Shown here: piece after piece, positions 23,310 to 33,419 of the stretch
Position numbering within the stretch: the stretch's first letter is position 1
How the letters are laid out: every line of letters begins with the position of its first letter
NCBI RefSeq assembly: GCF_902713615.1
Contig: NC_052176.1
Coordinates: forward strand, 3,410,001-3,463,343
Source: Scyliorhinus canicula
Lineage: Eukaryota
DNA length: 53,343 nt
Direction of reading: 5' to 3'
Notes under the pieces: model-generated
Told to the model about the DNA's origin: nothing
The model's database searches: none
What the model saw: the letters and a program-made list of their open reading frames with translations, nothing else
Position numbers and translations under genes: made by a program

Positions 23310-23800
23310 CCATAAGACCATAGGAGCAGAATTAGGCCACTCGGCCCATCGAGTCTGCTCCGCCATTCAATCACGGCTGATATTTTCTCATCCCCATTCT
23401 CCTGCCTTCTCCCCATAACCTCTGACCCCCTTATTAATCACGCACCTATCTATCTCTGTCCTAAAGACACTCAGTGATTTGGCCTCCACAGCCTTCTGCG
23501 GCAAAGAGTTCCACAGATTCACCACCCTCTGGCTGAAGAAATTCCTCATCTCTGTTTTAAGGGATGGTCCCTTCAGTCTGAGATGGTGTCCTCTGCTTCT
23601 AGTTTTTCCGACAAGTGGAAACATCCTCTCCACGTCCACTCTATCCAGGTCTCGCAGTATCCTGTAAGTTTCAATAGGATCCCTCCCCTCATCCTTCTAA
23701 ACTCCGAGTACAGACCCAGAGTCCTCAACCGTTCCTCATACGACAAGCTCTTCATTCCAGGGATCATTCTTGTGAACCTCGTCTGCACCCTTTCCAAGGC
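23310..23800 (-). mobile_element. CR1 3' end (~490 bp)
   Basis: ALERVQTRFTRMIPG and NFFSQRVVNLWNSLPQ; short (TCTTATGG)-type tail. Confidence 0.88.
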
Positions 23801-23909
23801 CTCAGCACATCCTTCCATGGAGAATCCACTTTCCAACAAATCGGCACTCTCTTCCCTTGCAGTACCAATTGTTGTTTTATTTTTACGAAGGTATTCTCAC
23901 GAGATATCC

Positions 23910-24560
23910 TGAGGAGCGGAATTTAGAAGATTGCGAGGTGATCTTATTGAAACATAAAAGATCCTGAGGGCGCTTGACAGGTCGTATGCTGAGAAGATGT
24001 TCCCCCTTGTCAGAGAGATCAGAACGAGGGGGGTGACTGTTTAAAAATAAGGGGGTCTCCCATTTAATACGGAGATGAGGGCTATTATATTTACCTTAAG
24101 CCAATCGTTAAGTCTGTGGAATTCTCCTTTCCGGAGAGAGGAGGAGGCAGTGATGACTGAGGGTTTTTAAAGTTCAGTTGCGTTTCCGAAGAGCAAACAG
24201 TCTACAGTGTCTATTTTTTAAAAAAGTTTCCCCAAACTGTTTCCACTCATTGGTATGTCAGTAACGAGGCGGGGTGGGGAGGGGGGGTCACAATTTAAAG
24301 ATAGACAGCAAGAGAGCTGGGTGTGGGGTGAGGAGAGACTTCTTTACTCCAACATTTTTTATGGTTTGCAATGCCCCGCCTGTGGAGAGTAGCGGATTCC
24401 ATCGGAGGTTTCAAACGGGAGCTGGATGTGCATTTGAAAGGGATTCATTTAGAGGGCAATTGGGCTAGAGGATGGGACGAGCTCTTTTGGGGGGGGGGGG
24501 GGGGCGGGGGAGGCCGGTGCGGACACGATGGGCCGAATGGCTTCCTTCTGTGCTGTAAAC
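23910..24560 (+). mobile_element. Old degenerate CR1 3' fragments
   Basis: GAGGTGATCTTATTGAAACATAAAAGATCCTGAGGG (RGDLIET-like) and GATGGGCCGAATGGCTTCCTTCTGTGCTGTAA. Confidence 0.65.
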
Positions 24561-24793
24561 GACCCAAACAAACGACAAAACTATGGCAAACAGAACCCGT
24601 GAACGAAACTACAGAACCGTCTCCTGATCAGGGTGATTTGACCAGAAAGTGCAGTCAGTGGAGGATGGCATTCGCAAGGGTAGAATTCGGTCACTTACAG
24701 GCGCCAGGTATGACGCGGTGTGGTACAAACAAAAGTGATGTATTCTACGAGTTCACCCTCTCTCTCTCTCTCTCTCCCGCACCTTTCCTCCAG

Positions 24794-25065
24794 TCGTCGA
24801 CGTTTACTGCGGCACGCCACCGAGCCTGGGCGAGGTGAGGCCAGCCGCCCTACTTGTCCTCTGCCTCGCTTTTCTGCTGCTGCTCCTGCCGGAGGAATGG
24901 GACTCGATCGCCGCGGAGCTCCTGAACAAGCTCAGGGGGGAGACGGCCAAGGAGGAGCCGGGGCCCGAGGGGGCCGAGGCGCCGGTGGTTGGAGGGCGGG
25001 GCAGGGCTGCCGGAGTGGGCGCCTCGGCCCCCAGTTGGAGCCGCTCGGAGCCCGCCACAGCGTAG
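24794..25065 (+). CDS. SLC35F3-like: SLC35F3/F4-family transporter, terminal coding exon with stop TAG
   Basis: Polypyrimidine tract and CTCCAG|TC, phase 1 matching the previous exon. Encodes (V)VDVYCGTPPSLGEVRPAALLVLCLAFLLLLLPEEWDSIAAELLNKLRG...EPATA*; LLLLPEEWD is the family C-terminal signature. Confidence 0.92.
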
Positions 25066-25262
25066 GGGCCAACGAGGCCTCCAACGCCATGCCGAGCTGT
25101 CTGACGAAGATCATCGCCCTGTAACAAAAACCCTTAACTCTCTGTGTACAAAACCCTCTGCGCCCTTAAAATCGCGGGAGAATACAATTTGTTAAGACAC
25201 TTCCTAGGCTAGGCTGGATTGACGTATTAAGAGCGATATAGTCGAGGCATTTACGATTTACA

Positions 25263-25790
25263 CATGCACTGTTGCTTCACAGCGCCAGGGTCCCGGGTTC
25301 GACTCCCGTCTCGGGTCACTGTCTGTGGCGGAGTCTGCACGTTCTCCCCCGTGTCTGCGTGGGTTTCCTCCCACAATTCCCGAAATGAAAATGAAAATGA
25401 AATGAAAATGGCTTATTGTCGCGAGTCGGCTTCAAATGAAGTTACTGTGAAAAGCCCCTAGTCGCCACATTCCGGCGCCTGTTCGGGGAGGCTGTTACGG
25501 GAATCGAACCGTGCTGCTGGCCTGCTTTGGTCTGCTTTCAAAGCCAGCGATTTAGCCCAGTGAGCTAAACAGCTAAAAGCACGAAAGACGTGCTTGTTGG
25601 GCGAATCGGACATTCTGAATTCTCCCTCCGTGTACCCGAACAGGCGCCGGAGTGTGGCGACGAGGGGATTTTCACAGTAACTTCGTCGCAGTGTTAATGG
25701 GGAGAGAGCGTGCACAGACAGTGACCCAAGCCCGGGAATCGAACCCGGGACCCTGGCGCTGTGAAGCAACAGTGCTAACCACCGTGCTCC
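25263..25790 (+). mobile_element. SINE cluster: V-domain SINE (+) interrupted by a family B SINE (-, ~25386-25575), followed by an inverted SINE head
   Basis: The host matches 11789-12110 on both sides of the insert; CGAAA is repeated at 25381-25385 and 25582-25586. Confidence 0.8.
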
Positions 25791-26184
25791 CTCGCTGGTT
25801 GCGAAGAGAGAGCGCGCGTTCACAAAAGGAGGTAGAGAAGAGCCTCTAATCACGGCCTGGCGGGGGGGCAGGGGGAGGGATACTGAACCCAAAATGGTCC
25901 GACACAGGACTGTACGCATGGAATAAGACCGTTATCATCTCAAAATGGAAGAAAACATTTATTCCAGCAGGGTGTTTTTTCTGGGGTGTCGGCTTGGCAG
26001 ACATTGATTTACAGATCCACGTACCTATCGGTAGTGACAGGATCCCAGCACTGAGCCAATTAATATCTCCTCTGCCCAGTTCAGCCATCGAGGCCGAGAT
26101 CAATAGTTCCCCTGGAACCAAAAAGATCTACGAGGCACTGGGGAGCAGGAGAGAAGGGGGGAGTTGAATTAGATTAGCCGTGAT

Positions 26185-26362
26185 TCTTTTTGGTTTATAA
26201 ATTTAGAGGGCCCAATTCAATTTTCCAATTGAGGGGCAATTTAGCGTTGGCCAATCCACCTAACCCTGCACATCTTTGGGTGGTGGGGGGCGAAACCCAC
26301 GCAAACACGGGGAGAGAATGTGCAAACTCCACATGGACAGCGACCCAGAGCCGGGATCGAAT
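26185..26362 (-). mobile_element. Family C SINE, 5'-truncated
   Basis: Matches 29320-29545. Confidence 0.8.
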
Positions 26363-26643
26363 CTCCCTTCGAGAGCCAATCTGCCGCCCCCACGCCCTCG
26401 CGTTACCGCTGCTCCTTCCGTCAATCGCCTCGTCGGGCTCTTTGCTCCCCGGGCGTTAAAGTAGCAGTCTGCGGAGACTGCCACGTTCAAGGTTCAGGAT
26501 TTAGGAGGCATGTTGCATTGGGTAACAAGGGTGGCACCCTCTGGGAGTGTTTTGGTAGGTACCCAGATCGGTTCGCGGGTCATTGCACGGCTCTTTTTGA
26601 GTGCCAGAGAGACAAGAGGGACGGAAATAGGTCCCGGTTAAGA

Positions 26644-27462
26644 CGGCAGATGGAGTTTAATCCGGACAAATGTGAGGTAGCGCATTTTGGAAGGTCTAAT
26701 GCAGGTAGGGAAGAGACACTGAATGGTAGAACCCTCAAGAGTATTGACAGTCAGAGAGATCTAGGTGTACAGGTCCACAGGTCACTGAAAGGGGCAACAC
26801 GGGTGGAGAAGGTAGTCAAGAAGGCATACGGCATGCTTGCCTTCATTGACCGGGGCATTGAGTATAAGAATTGGCAAGTCATGTTGCAGCTGTATAGAAC
26901 CTTAGTTAGGCCACACTTGGAGTATAGTGTTCAATTCTGGTCGCCACACTACCAGAAGGATGTGGAGGCTTTAGAGAGGGTGCAGAAGAGATTTACCAGG
27001 ATGTTGCCTGGTATGGAGGACATTAGCTATGAGGAGAGGTTGAATAAACTCGGTTTGTTCTCACTGGAACGACGGAGGTTGAGGGGCGACCTGATAGAGG
27101 TCTACAAAATTATGAGGGGCATAGACAGAGTGGATAGTCAGAGGCTTTTCCCCAGGGTAGAGGGGTCAATTACTAGGGGGCATAGATTTAAGGTGCGAGG
27201 GGCAAGGCTTAGAGGAGATGTATGAGGCAAGTTTTTTTACACAGAGGGTAGTGGGAGCCTGGAACTCGCTGCCGGAGGAGGTGGTGGAAGCAGGGACGAT
27301 AGTGACATTTAAGGGGCATCTTGGCAAATACATGAATAGGATGGGAATAGAGGGATACGGACCCAGGAAGTGTTGAAGATTTTAGTTTAGACGGGCAGCA
27401 TGGTCGGCCCAGGCTTGGAGGGCCGAAGGGCCTGTACCTGTGCTGTACTTTTCTTTGTTCTT
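26644..27462 (+). mobile_element. CR1 LINE 3' end (~820 bp)
   Basis: QMEFNPDKCEVAHFG, LYRTLVRPHLEYSVQFWSPHY, LERRRLRGDLIEVYKIM; 3' UTR GGAGGGCCGAAGGGCCTGTACCTGTGCTGTAC. Confidence 0.92.
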
Positions 27463-28014
27463 TGAAATCCTGTGACGGGGGCCATTGCTAAAGCCATGAG
27501 TGGCAGCGAGACATTTGGAAAAAATTACGTGGAGCGATCTTTGAGGGTGAATCTGGGAATCCCTCTAGAGACTGAGTTTTCGACGAGACTGTTAAGACTC
27601 GGTGTTTCCTGATGTCTGGGCGACTTGAGAAATCCGTGGACTCTGTCTTGGTTGCGTCTGTCTTTTATACTGTTGAGTGTTGTATGTGACCAGAGTTTGC
27701 CCGTTAATTCACACGTACCTCACACTTACCCTGAATGTTCGAGTACAAGGTACACGTTGTAAAATTGTTTTACCTTTCTGAACTTGTCAGTAACGTTTGT
27801 TTTTGCTTTGCTCAGCACCCATGAAATCTTGCGACTTTGTTCACTTAGTAAATGTCTTAAATCTCAAACTTTATCTATTTGAAACAAATTTTTATTGGTC
27901 CCTAACCCGATTCTCCCCCACCTCCCAGGCAACGACCCTTCTACCAACAGGAAAGGTTTCCCCCTATTGATTCTGTCACAAAACCACTCAAGGTTTTGAA
28001 CGCCTCTGTTTATA

Positions 28015-28345
28015 AGACCCATCAGACACAGGAGCAGAATGAGGCCATTCGGCCCATCGAGTCTGCTCCGCCATTCAATCATGGCTGATATTTTCTCATC
28101 CCCATTCTCCTGCCTTCTCCCCATAACCGCTGATCCCCTTATTGATCAAGAACCTATCTATCTCTGTCTTAAAGACACTCAGTGATTTGGCCTCTGCAGC
28201 CTTCTGCGGCAAAGAGTTCCACAGATTCACCCCCCTCTGGCTGCAGAAATTCCTCCTCATCTCCGTTTTGAAGGAACGTCCCTTCAGTCTGAGGCTGTGG
28301 CCTGAGGTGCTAGTCTCTCCTACCCAGTGGAAACATCCTCTTCTC
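28015..28345 (-). mobile_element. CR1 3' end, same subfamily as 23310-23800
   Basis: Near-identical to 23320-23630. Confidence 0.88.
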
Positions 28346-28419
28346 TGAATATTTTCTTCTCTGATCTAGCCATCCTTCAGGTCTCTCACTCTCTAAATAT
28401 ATCCCAGAAGGCCAGTACA

Positions 28420-29185
28420 TAGAGAATAGAGAAATACAGCACAGAACAGGCCCTTCGGCCCACGATGTTGTGCCGAACTTTTATCCTAGGTCAATCATTA
28501 GATTATCATAGAATTTTGGACACTAAGGGCAATTTAGCACGGCCAATCCACCCAACCTGCACATCTTTGGACTGTGGGAGGAAACCGGAGCACCCGGAGG
28601 AAACCCACGCACACACGGGGAGGATGTGCAGACTCCACACAGACAATGATCCAAGCCGGAATCGAACCTGGGACCCTGGAGCTGTGAAGCAATTATGCTA
28701 TCCACAATGCTACCGTGTTGCCCTTAAGAACAAATTAATCTACACTCCATTATTCTACCCTAATCCATGTACCTATCCAATAGCCGCTTGAAGGTCCCTA
28801 ATGTTTCCGACTCAACTACTTCCACAGGCAGTGAATTCCATGCCCCCACTACTCTCCGGGTAAAGAACCTACCTCTAACATCCCCACCCTATATCTTCCA
28901 CCATTCACCTTAAATTTATGTCCCCTTGTAATGGTTTGTTCCACCCGGGGAAAAAGTCTCTGACTGTCTACTCTATCTATTCCCCTGATCATCTTATAAA
29001 CCTCTATCAAGTCGCCCCTCATCCTTCTCCGTTCTAATGAGAAAAGGCCTAGCACCCTCAACCTTTCCTCGTATGACCTACTCTCCATTCCAGGCAACAT
29101 CCTGGTAAATCTCCTTTGCACCTTTTCCAAAGCTTCCACATCGTTCCTAAAATGAGGCGACCAGAACTGCACACAGTACTCCAAA
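28420..29185 (-). mobile_element. CR1 3' end interrupted by a V-SINE (~28495-28722)
   Basis: EYCVQFWSPHFRNDVEALEKVQRRFTRMLPG...; SINE head and V core lie inside the 3' UTR. Confidence 0.88.
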
Positions 29186-29319
29186 TGTAATCACCAGTAG
29201 GTGAAGGATCGAACTGGAGCCCATCTTTACACAGTCGTACATTTATTGACAGAACGAAAGATTACAAGCATATGGCGCCAAACCCAAATCCCAGCCTAGC
29301 TCCATGAGTCAGTCTTTAT

Positions 29320-29545
29320 TTTTTTTAAAATATAAATTTAGAGCACCCAATTATTTTTTCCAATTAAGGGTCAATTTAGCGTGGCCAATCCACCTACCCT
29401 GCACATCTTTGGGTTGTGGGGAAACCCACGCAGACACGGGGAGAATGTGCAAACTCCACAAGGACAGTGACCCGGAGCCGGGATCGAACCTGGGACCTCG
29501 GCGCCGTGAGGTAGCAGTGCTAACCACTGCGCCACCGTGCTGCCA
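29320..29545 (-). mobile_element. Full-length family C SINE
   Basis: Minus strand starts GGCAGCACGGTGGCGCAGTGGTTAGCAC and ends in an A-rich tail. Confidence 0.9.
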
Positions 29546-29655
29546 TGTCAACAAATTATTAAAGGGATAAACTAAAAGCGGGGATAACCCTTTCAAGGGG
29601 CACGGGCCTCCTTATATGCTGTCAAATCAAACCCCAATTAATTTCCTCTATCCAT

Positions 29656-29885
29656 GGGCGGCACGTGGGCGCGGTGGTTAGCGCTGCTGCCTCACGGCGC
29701 CGAGGTCCCAGGTTCGACCCCGGCTCTGGGTCACCGTCCGTGTGGAGTTTGCACATTCTCCCCGTGTCTGCGTGGTTTTCACCCCCACAACCCAAAGATG
29801 TTGTACAGGGTAGGTGGATTGGCCGCGCTAAATTGCCCTTTATTTGGGAAAAAAAAAGAATTGGATACTCTAAAATTTTAAAAAT
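29656..29885 (+). mobile_element. Full-length family C SINE, inverted relative to 29320-29545
   Basis: GGGCGGCACGTGGGCGCGGTGGTTAGC...GGTTCGACCCC...CTCTAAAATTTTAAAAA. Confidence 0.9.
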
Positions 29886-30062
29886 TCCCTCCACCAGCGC
29901 ACAATTAAGCACAATCATTGTACAATCATTTCATCCATTGATTATCGTCTTCCATCCGCTAATTTCCCGTTGGCTATCTCGCACCACCACACCCCCCACA
30001 CACACGTTGGCGCTGTTTTCGGACGAATCTCCTTGCCGCGCGACCTCTGTCCAGCCCAGGGT

Positions 30063-30272
30063 TCACCCAGAGGTCACTTGCCCGTCGTCGTCTCCCTGGC
30101 GGAGCCACTCGAGGGAGTCCAGGTCCACGTTGCCGCCGCACAGCACCACGCAGACGTTGCGCAGGCTGCCGGGCAGGGCGCGGAACCGGCGGGAGAGGAC
30201 CACCGCCACCCCGATGCCCGCGGTGGGCTCGATCACCAGCTTCGCCCGCTCCCACGTCAGCCGCGTGGCTCG
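30063..30272 (-). CDS. SRR: Serine racemase, last coding exon (stop TGA)
   Basis: Acceptor TTTTTCTCTTCCGCAG|CGA; encodes RATRLTWERAKLVIEPTAGIGVAVVLSRRFRALPGSLRNVCVVLCGGNVDLDSLEWLRQGDDDGQVTSG*, compare human ATQLVWERMKLLIEPTAGVGVAAVLS...ICIVLSGGNVDL. Confidence 0.93.
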   Translation of the reverse strand, partial: RATRLTWERAKLVIEPTAGIGVAVVLSRRFRALPGSLRNVCVVLCGGNVDLDSLEWLRQGDDDGQVTSG

Positions 30273-30499
30273 CTGCGGAAGAGAAAAAGAGCCGCGGTTT
30301 TACACCGAGGCCGACCGCAGCCTCCCCGGGAAACACAGCCTGGGGCGACGCTGCGCGCGGTTCTGGTGGCCGTATCGCACAGCGGGTTTGGTGCCGCGGA
30401 GGATGATCCCGGAGATATCAGGAAAGGAGCGAGGGGGCTGGGATCTCTAACTCTCTCGGTAAAAGGCGGCTGAGGCAGTGACGTAATGGGGGGGGGGGG

Positions 30500-32352
30500 G
30501 TCGTTAAAATTCCGAAAGGTTTTAAGAGAGCGGATACGGAGAGAATGTCACCTCTCGTGGAGAAGAGCAGAAACTGGAGAGCGTCAGCGTGAGACAATCG
30601 AGAAATCTAATTGGGAAATTCAGGAGACACGTCTTCATCCAGAGAGTGGGGGGAGAATGTGGGACTCGCTCCCACGGGGAGTGGGGGAGAATGTGGGACT
30701 CGCTCCCACGGGGAGTGGGGGAGAATGTGGGACTCGCTCCCACAGGGAGTGGGGGAGAAGTGGGACTCGCTCCCACAGGGAGTGGGGGAGAATGTGGGAC
30801 TCGCTCCCACAGGGAGTGGGGGAGAACGTGGGACTCGCTCCCACGGGGAGTGGGGGAGAATGTGGGGCTCGCTCCCACGGGGAGTGGGGGAGAATGTGGG
30901 ACTCGCTCCCACGGGGAGTGGGGGAGAATGTGGGACTCTCTCCCACGGGGAGTGGGGGAGAATGTGGGAGTCGCTCCCACGGGGAGTGGGGGTGAATGTG
31001 GGACTCCCTCCCACGGGGAGTGGGGGAGAATGTGGGACTCGCTCCCACGGGGAGTGGGGAGAATGTGGGACTCGCTCCCACGGGGAGTGGGGAGAATGTG
31101 GGACTCGCTCCCACAGGGAGTGGGGGAGAATGTGGAACTCGCTCCCACGGGGAGTGGGGGAGAATGTGGGACTCGCTCCCACGGGGAGTGGGGGCGAATG
31201 TGGGACTCGCTCCCACGGGGAGTGGGGGAGAATGTGGGACTCGCTCCCACGGGGAGTGGGGGAGAATGTGGGACTCGCTCCCACGGGGAGTGGGGGCGAA
31301 TGTGGGACTCGCTCCCACGGGGAGTGGGGAGAATGTGGGACTCGCTACCACAGGGAGGGGGGGGAGAATGTGGGACTCGCTCCCACGGGGAGTGGGGAGA
31401 ATGTGGGACACGCTCCCACGGGGAGTGGGGGGGAATGTGGGACTCGCTCCCACAGGGAGTGGGGGGGAATGTGGGACTCGCTCCCAGGGGAGTGGGGGAG
31501 AATGTGGGACTCGCTCCCACAGGGAGTGGGGAGAATGTGAAATTCGCTCCCACAGAGATTGGGGAGAATGTGGGACTCGCTCCTACAGGGAGTGGGGAGA
31601 ATGTGGGACTCGCTCCCACGGGGAGTGGGGAGAATGTGGGACTCGCTCCCACAGGGAGTGGGGAGAATGTGGGACTCGCTCTCACGGGGAGTGGGGAGAA
31701 TGTGGGACTCGCTCCCACGGGGAGTTGGGAGAATGTGGGACTCTCTCCCACAGGGAGTGGGGGAGAATGTGGGACTCGCTCCCACGGGGAGTGGGGGAGA
31801 ATGTGGGACTCGCTCCCACGGGGAGTGGGGGGAGAATGTGGGATTCGCTCCCACAGGGAGTGGGGAGAATGTGGGACTCGCTCCCACAGGGAGTGGGGGG
31901 AGAATGTGGGACTGGCTCCCACGGGGAGTGGGGGAGAATGTGGGACTCGCTCCCACGGGGAGTGGGGGGAGAATGTGGGATTCGCTCCCACAGGGAGTGG
32001 GGGAGAATGTGGGACTCGCTCCCACAGGGAGTGGGGGAGAATGTGGGACTCGCTCCCACAGGGAGTGGGGGAGAATGTGGGACTCGCTCCCATAGGGAGT
32101 GGGGGGAGAATGTGGGACTCGCTCCCACGGGGAGTGGGGGAGAATGTGGGACTCGCTCCCATGGGGAGTGGGGGGGATGAATAACACTGGTGTACTTAAG
32201 GGGAAACTAGATAAATATACGAGGGAGAAGGGAGGGGTTGGGGGGGGGGGGGGGGGGGGGGGGGAGTGGATAAAAAAAATGGAACAGCCTTTCAGTGGAG
32301 AGTAAACCCCCAGCACGGCAGAAGGGGCCGAATGGCTCCTGCCTGCTCTGCA
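30500..32352 (+). mobile_element. Degenerate CR1 3' fragment hosting an internal minisatellite
   Basis: Left flank encodes KFRRHVFIQRV; right flank has LKGKLDKY and GGGGCCGAATGGCTCCTG (CR1 ORF2 end and 3' UTR). Confidence 0.7.
30645..32176. repeat. 34-bp G-rich minisatellite (GTGGGACTCGCTCCCACGGGGAGTGGGGGAGAAT), ~45 copies
   Basis: GGGACTCGC recurs at 30661 and 30695; each unit has the internal hairpin GTGGGA..TCCCAC. Confidence 0.96.
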
Positions 32353-32687
32353 GACCCGGGTGTCATTTCTCTGGAGCGGGGACTCTCCGACCCCCTGACC
32401 TTCTGAGTCAGGTGACTCCCGTCATGGCCGACACGATTGGGTGCGCCATTTTAGTCTCCGAGTTGCGACCGGCTCCCGCGTGGAGTGAACAGAATACTTG
32501 GGGGTCAGCGCCCCCCCCGATGGGGCGCACGTTGGTGGACGGTCCCGCATGGCCCCCCAAATTGGCCGTGGGAGGGGGGGGGCATTGGTTGGTTGGTTGG
32601 GGCGGGCGGAGGTGTTAAGGGAGAGGTTCGGAAACAGCGCGACTGAACGCGCGGGGGGGAAGTTCGGGGCGCGCGGGCGGCGCGTAC

Positions 32688-32897
32688 CTTGATCTCCTCC
32701 TCGCTGACCGTGAACACATCGTCCACCAGGTCCCTGATGATGGGCCAGGTCTCGTCGCCGATGCTGGTCTTCACCGCGTCGGCCACCGTCACGGGGGGGC
32801 TGGCGTTGGGGGTCAGACGGCCGGTCTGCTTGGACCGGTAGCAGTCGTCCGCGTTCTCCGGTTCCGCCGCGTAGATCTTGACCTCTGGCCTCTGTGC
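32688..32897 (-). CDS. SRR: Serine racemase, penultimate coding exon (210 bp, phase 0/0)
   Basis: CCTCAG|GCA ... AAG|GTACGC; encodes AQRPEVKIYAAEPENADDCYRSKQTGRLTPNASPPVTVADAVKTSIGDETWPIIRDLVDDVFTVSEEEIK, keeping the metal-site motif AEP.NADD. Confidence 0.95.
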
Positions 32898-32919
32898 CTG
32901 AGGGCGCGGGGGGGGGGGG

Positions 32920-33419
32920 NNNNNNNNNNNNNNNNNNNNNNNNNNNNNNNNNNNNNNNNNNNNNNNNNNNNNNNNNNNNNNNNNNNNNNNNNNNNNNNNN
33001 NNNNNNNNNNNNNNNNNNNNNNNNNNNNNNNNNNNNNNNNNNNNNNNNNNNNNNNNNNNNNNNNNNNNNNNNNNNNNNNNNNNNNNNNNNNNNNNNNNNN
33101 NNNNNNNNNNNNNNNNNNNNNNNNNNNNNNNNNNNNNNNNNNNNNNNNNNNNNNNNNNNNNNNNNNNNNNNNNNNNNNNNNNNNNNNNNNNNNNNNNNNN
33201 NNNNNNNNNNNNNNNNNNNNNNNNNNNNNNNNNNNNNNNNNNNNNNNNNNNNNNNNNNNNNNNNNNNNNNNNNNNNNNNNNNNNNNNNNNNNNNNNNNNN
33301 NNNNNNNNNNNNNNNNNNNNNNNNNNNNNNNNNNNNNNNNNNNNNNNNNNNNNNNNNNNNNNNNNNNNNNNNNNNNNNNNNNNNNNNNNNNNNNNNNNNN
33401 NNNNNNNNNNNNNNNNNNN
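32920..33419. other. Assembly gap (500 N), probably hiding the middle SRR exons
   Basis: Run of N between SRR exons of incompatible phase. Confidence 0.95.

Noticed and set aside
27465-27900. Possible LTR fragment
   Set aside because: The composition is suggestive, but I could not find termini, a TSD or a second copy.
30522-32316. Multiple 300-550 aa repetitive ORFs on both strands
   Set aside because: A stop-poor 34-bp repeat inside an SRR intron; the unit length is not a multiple of 3.
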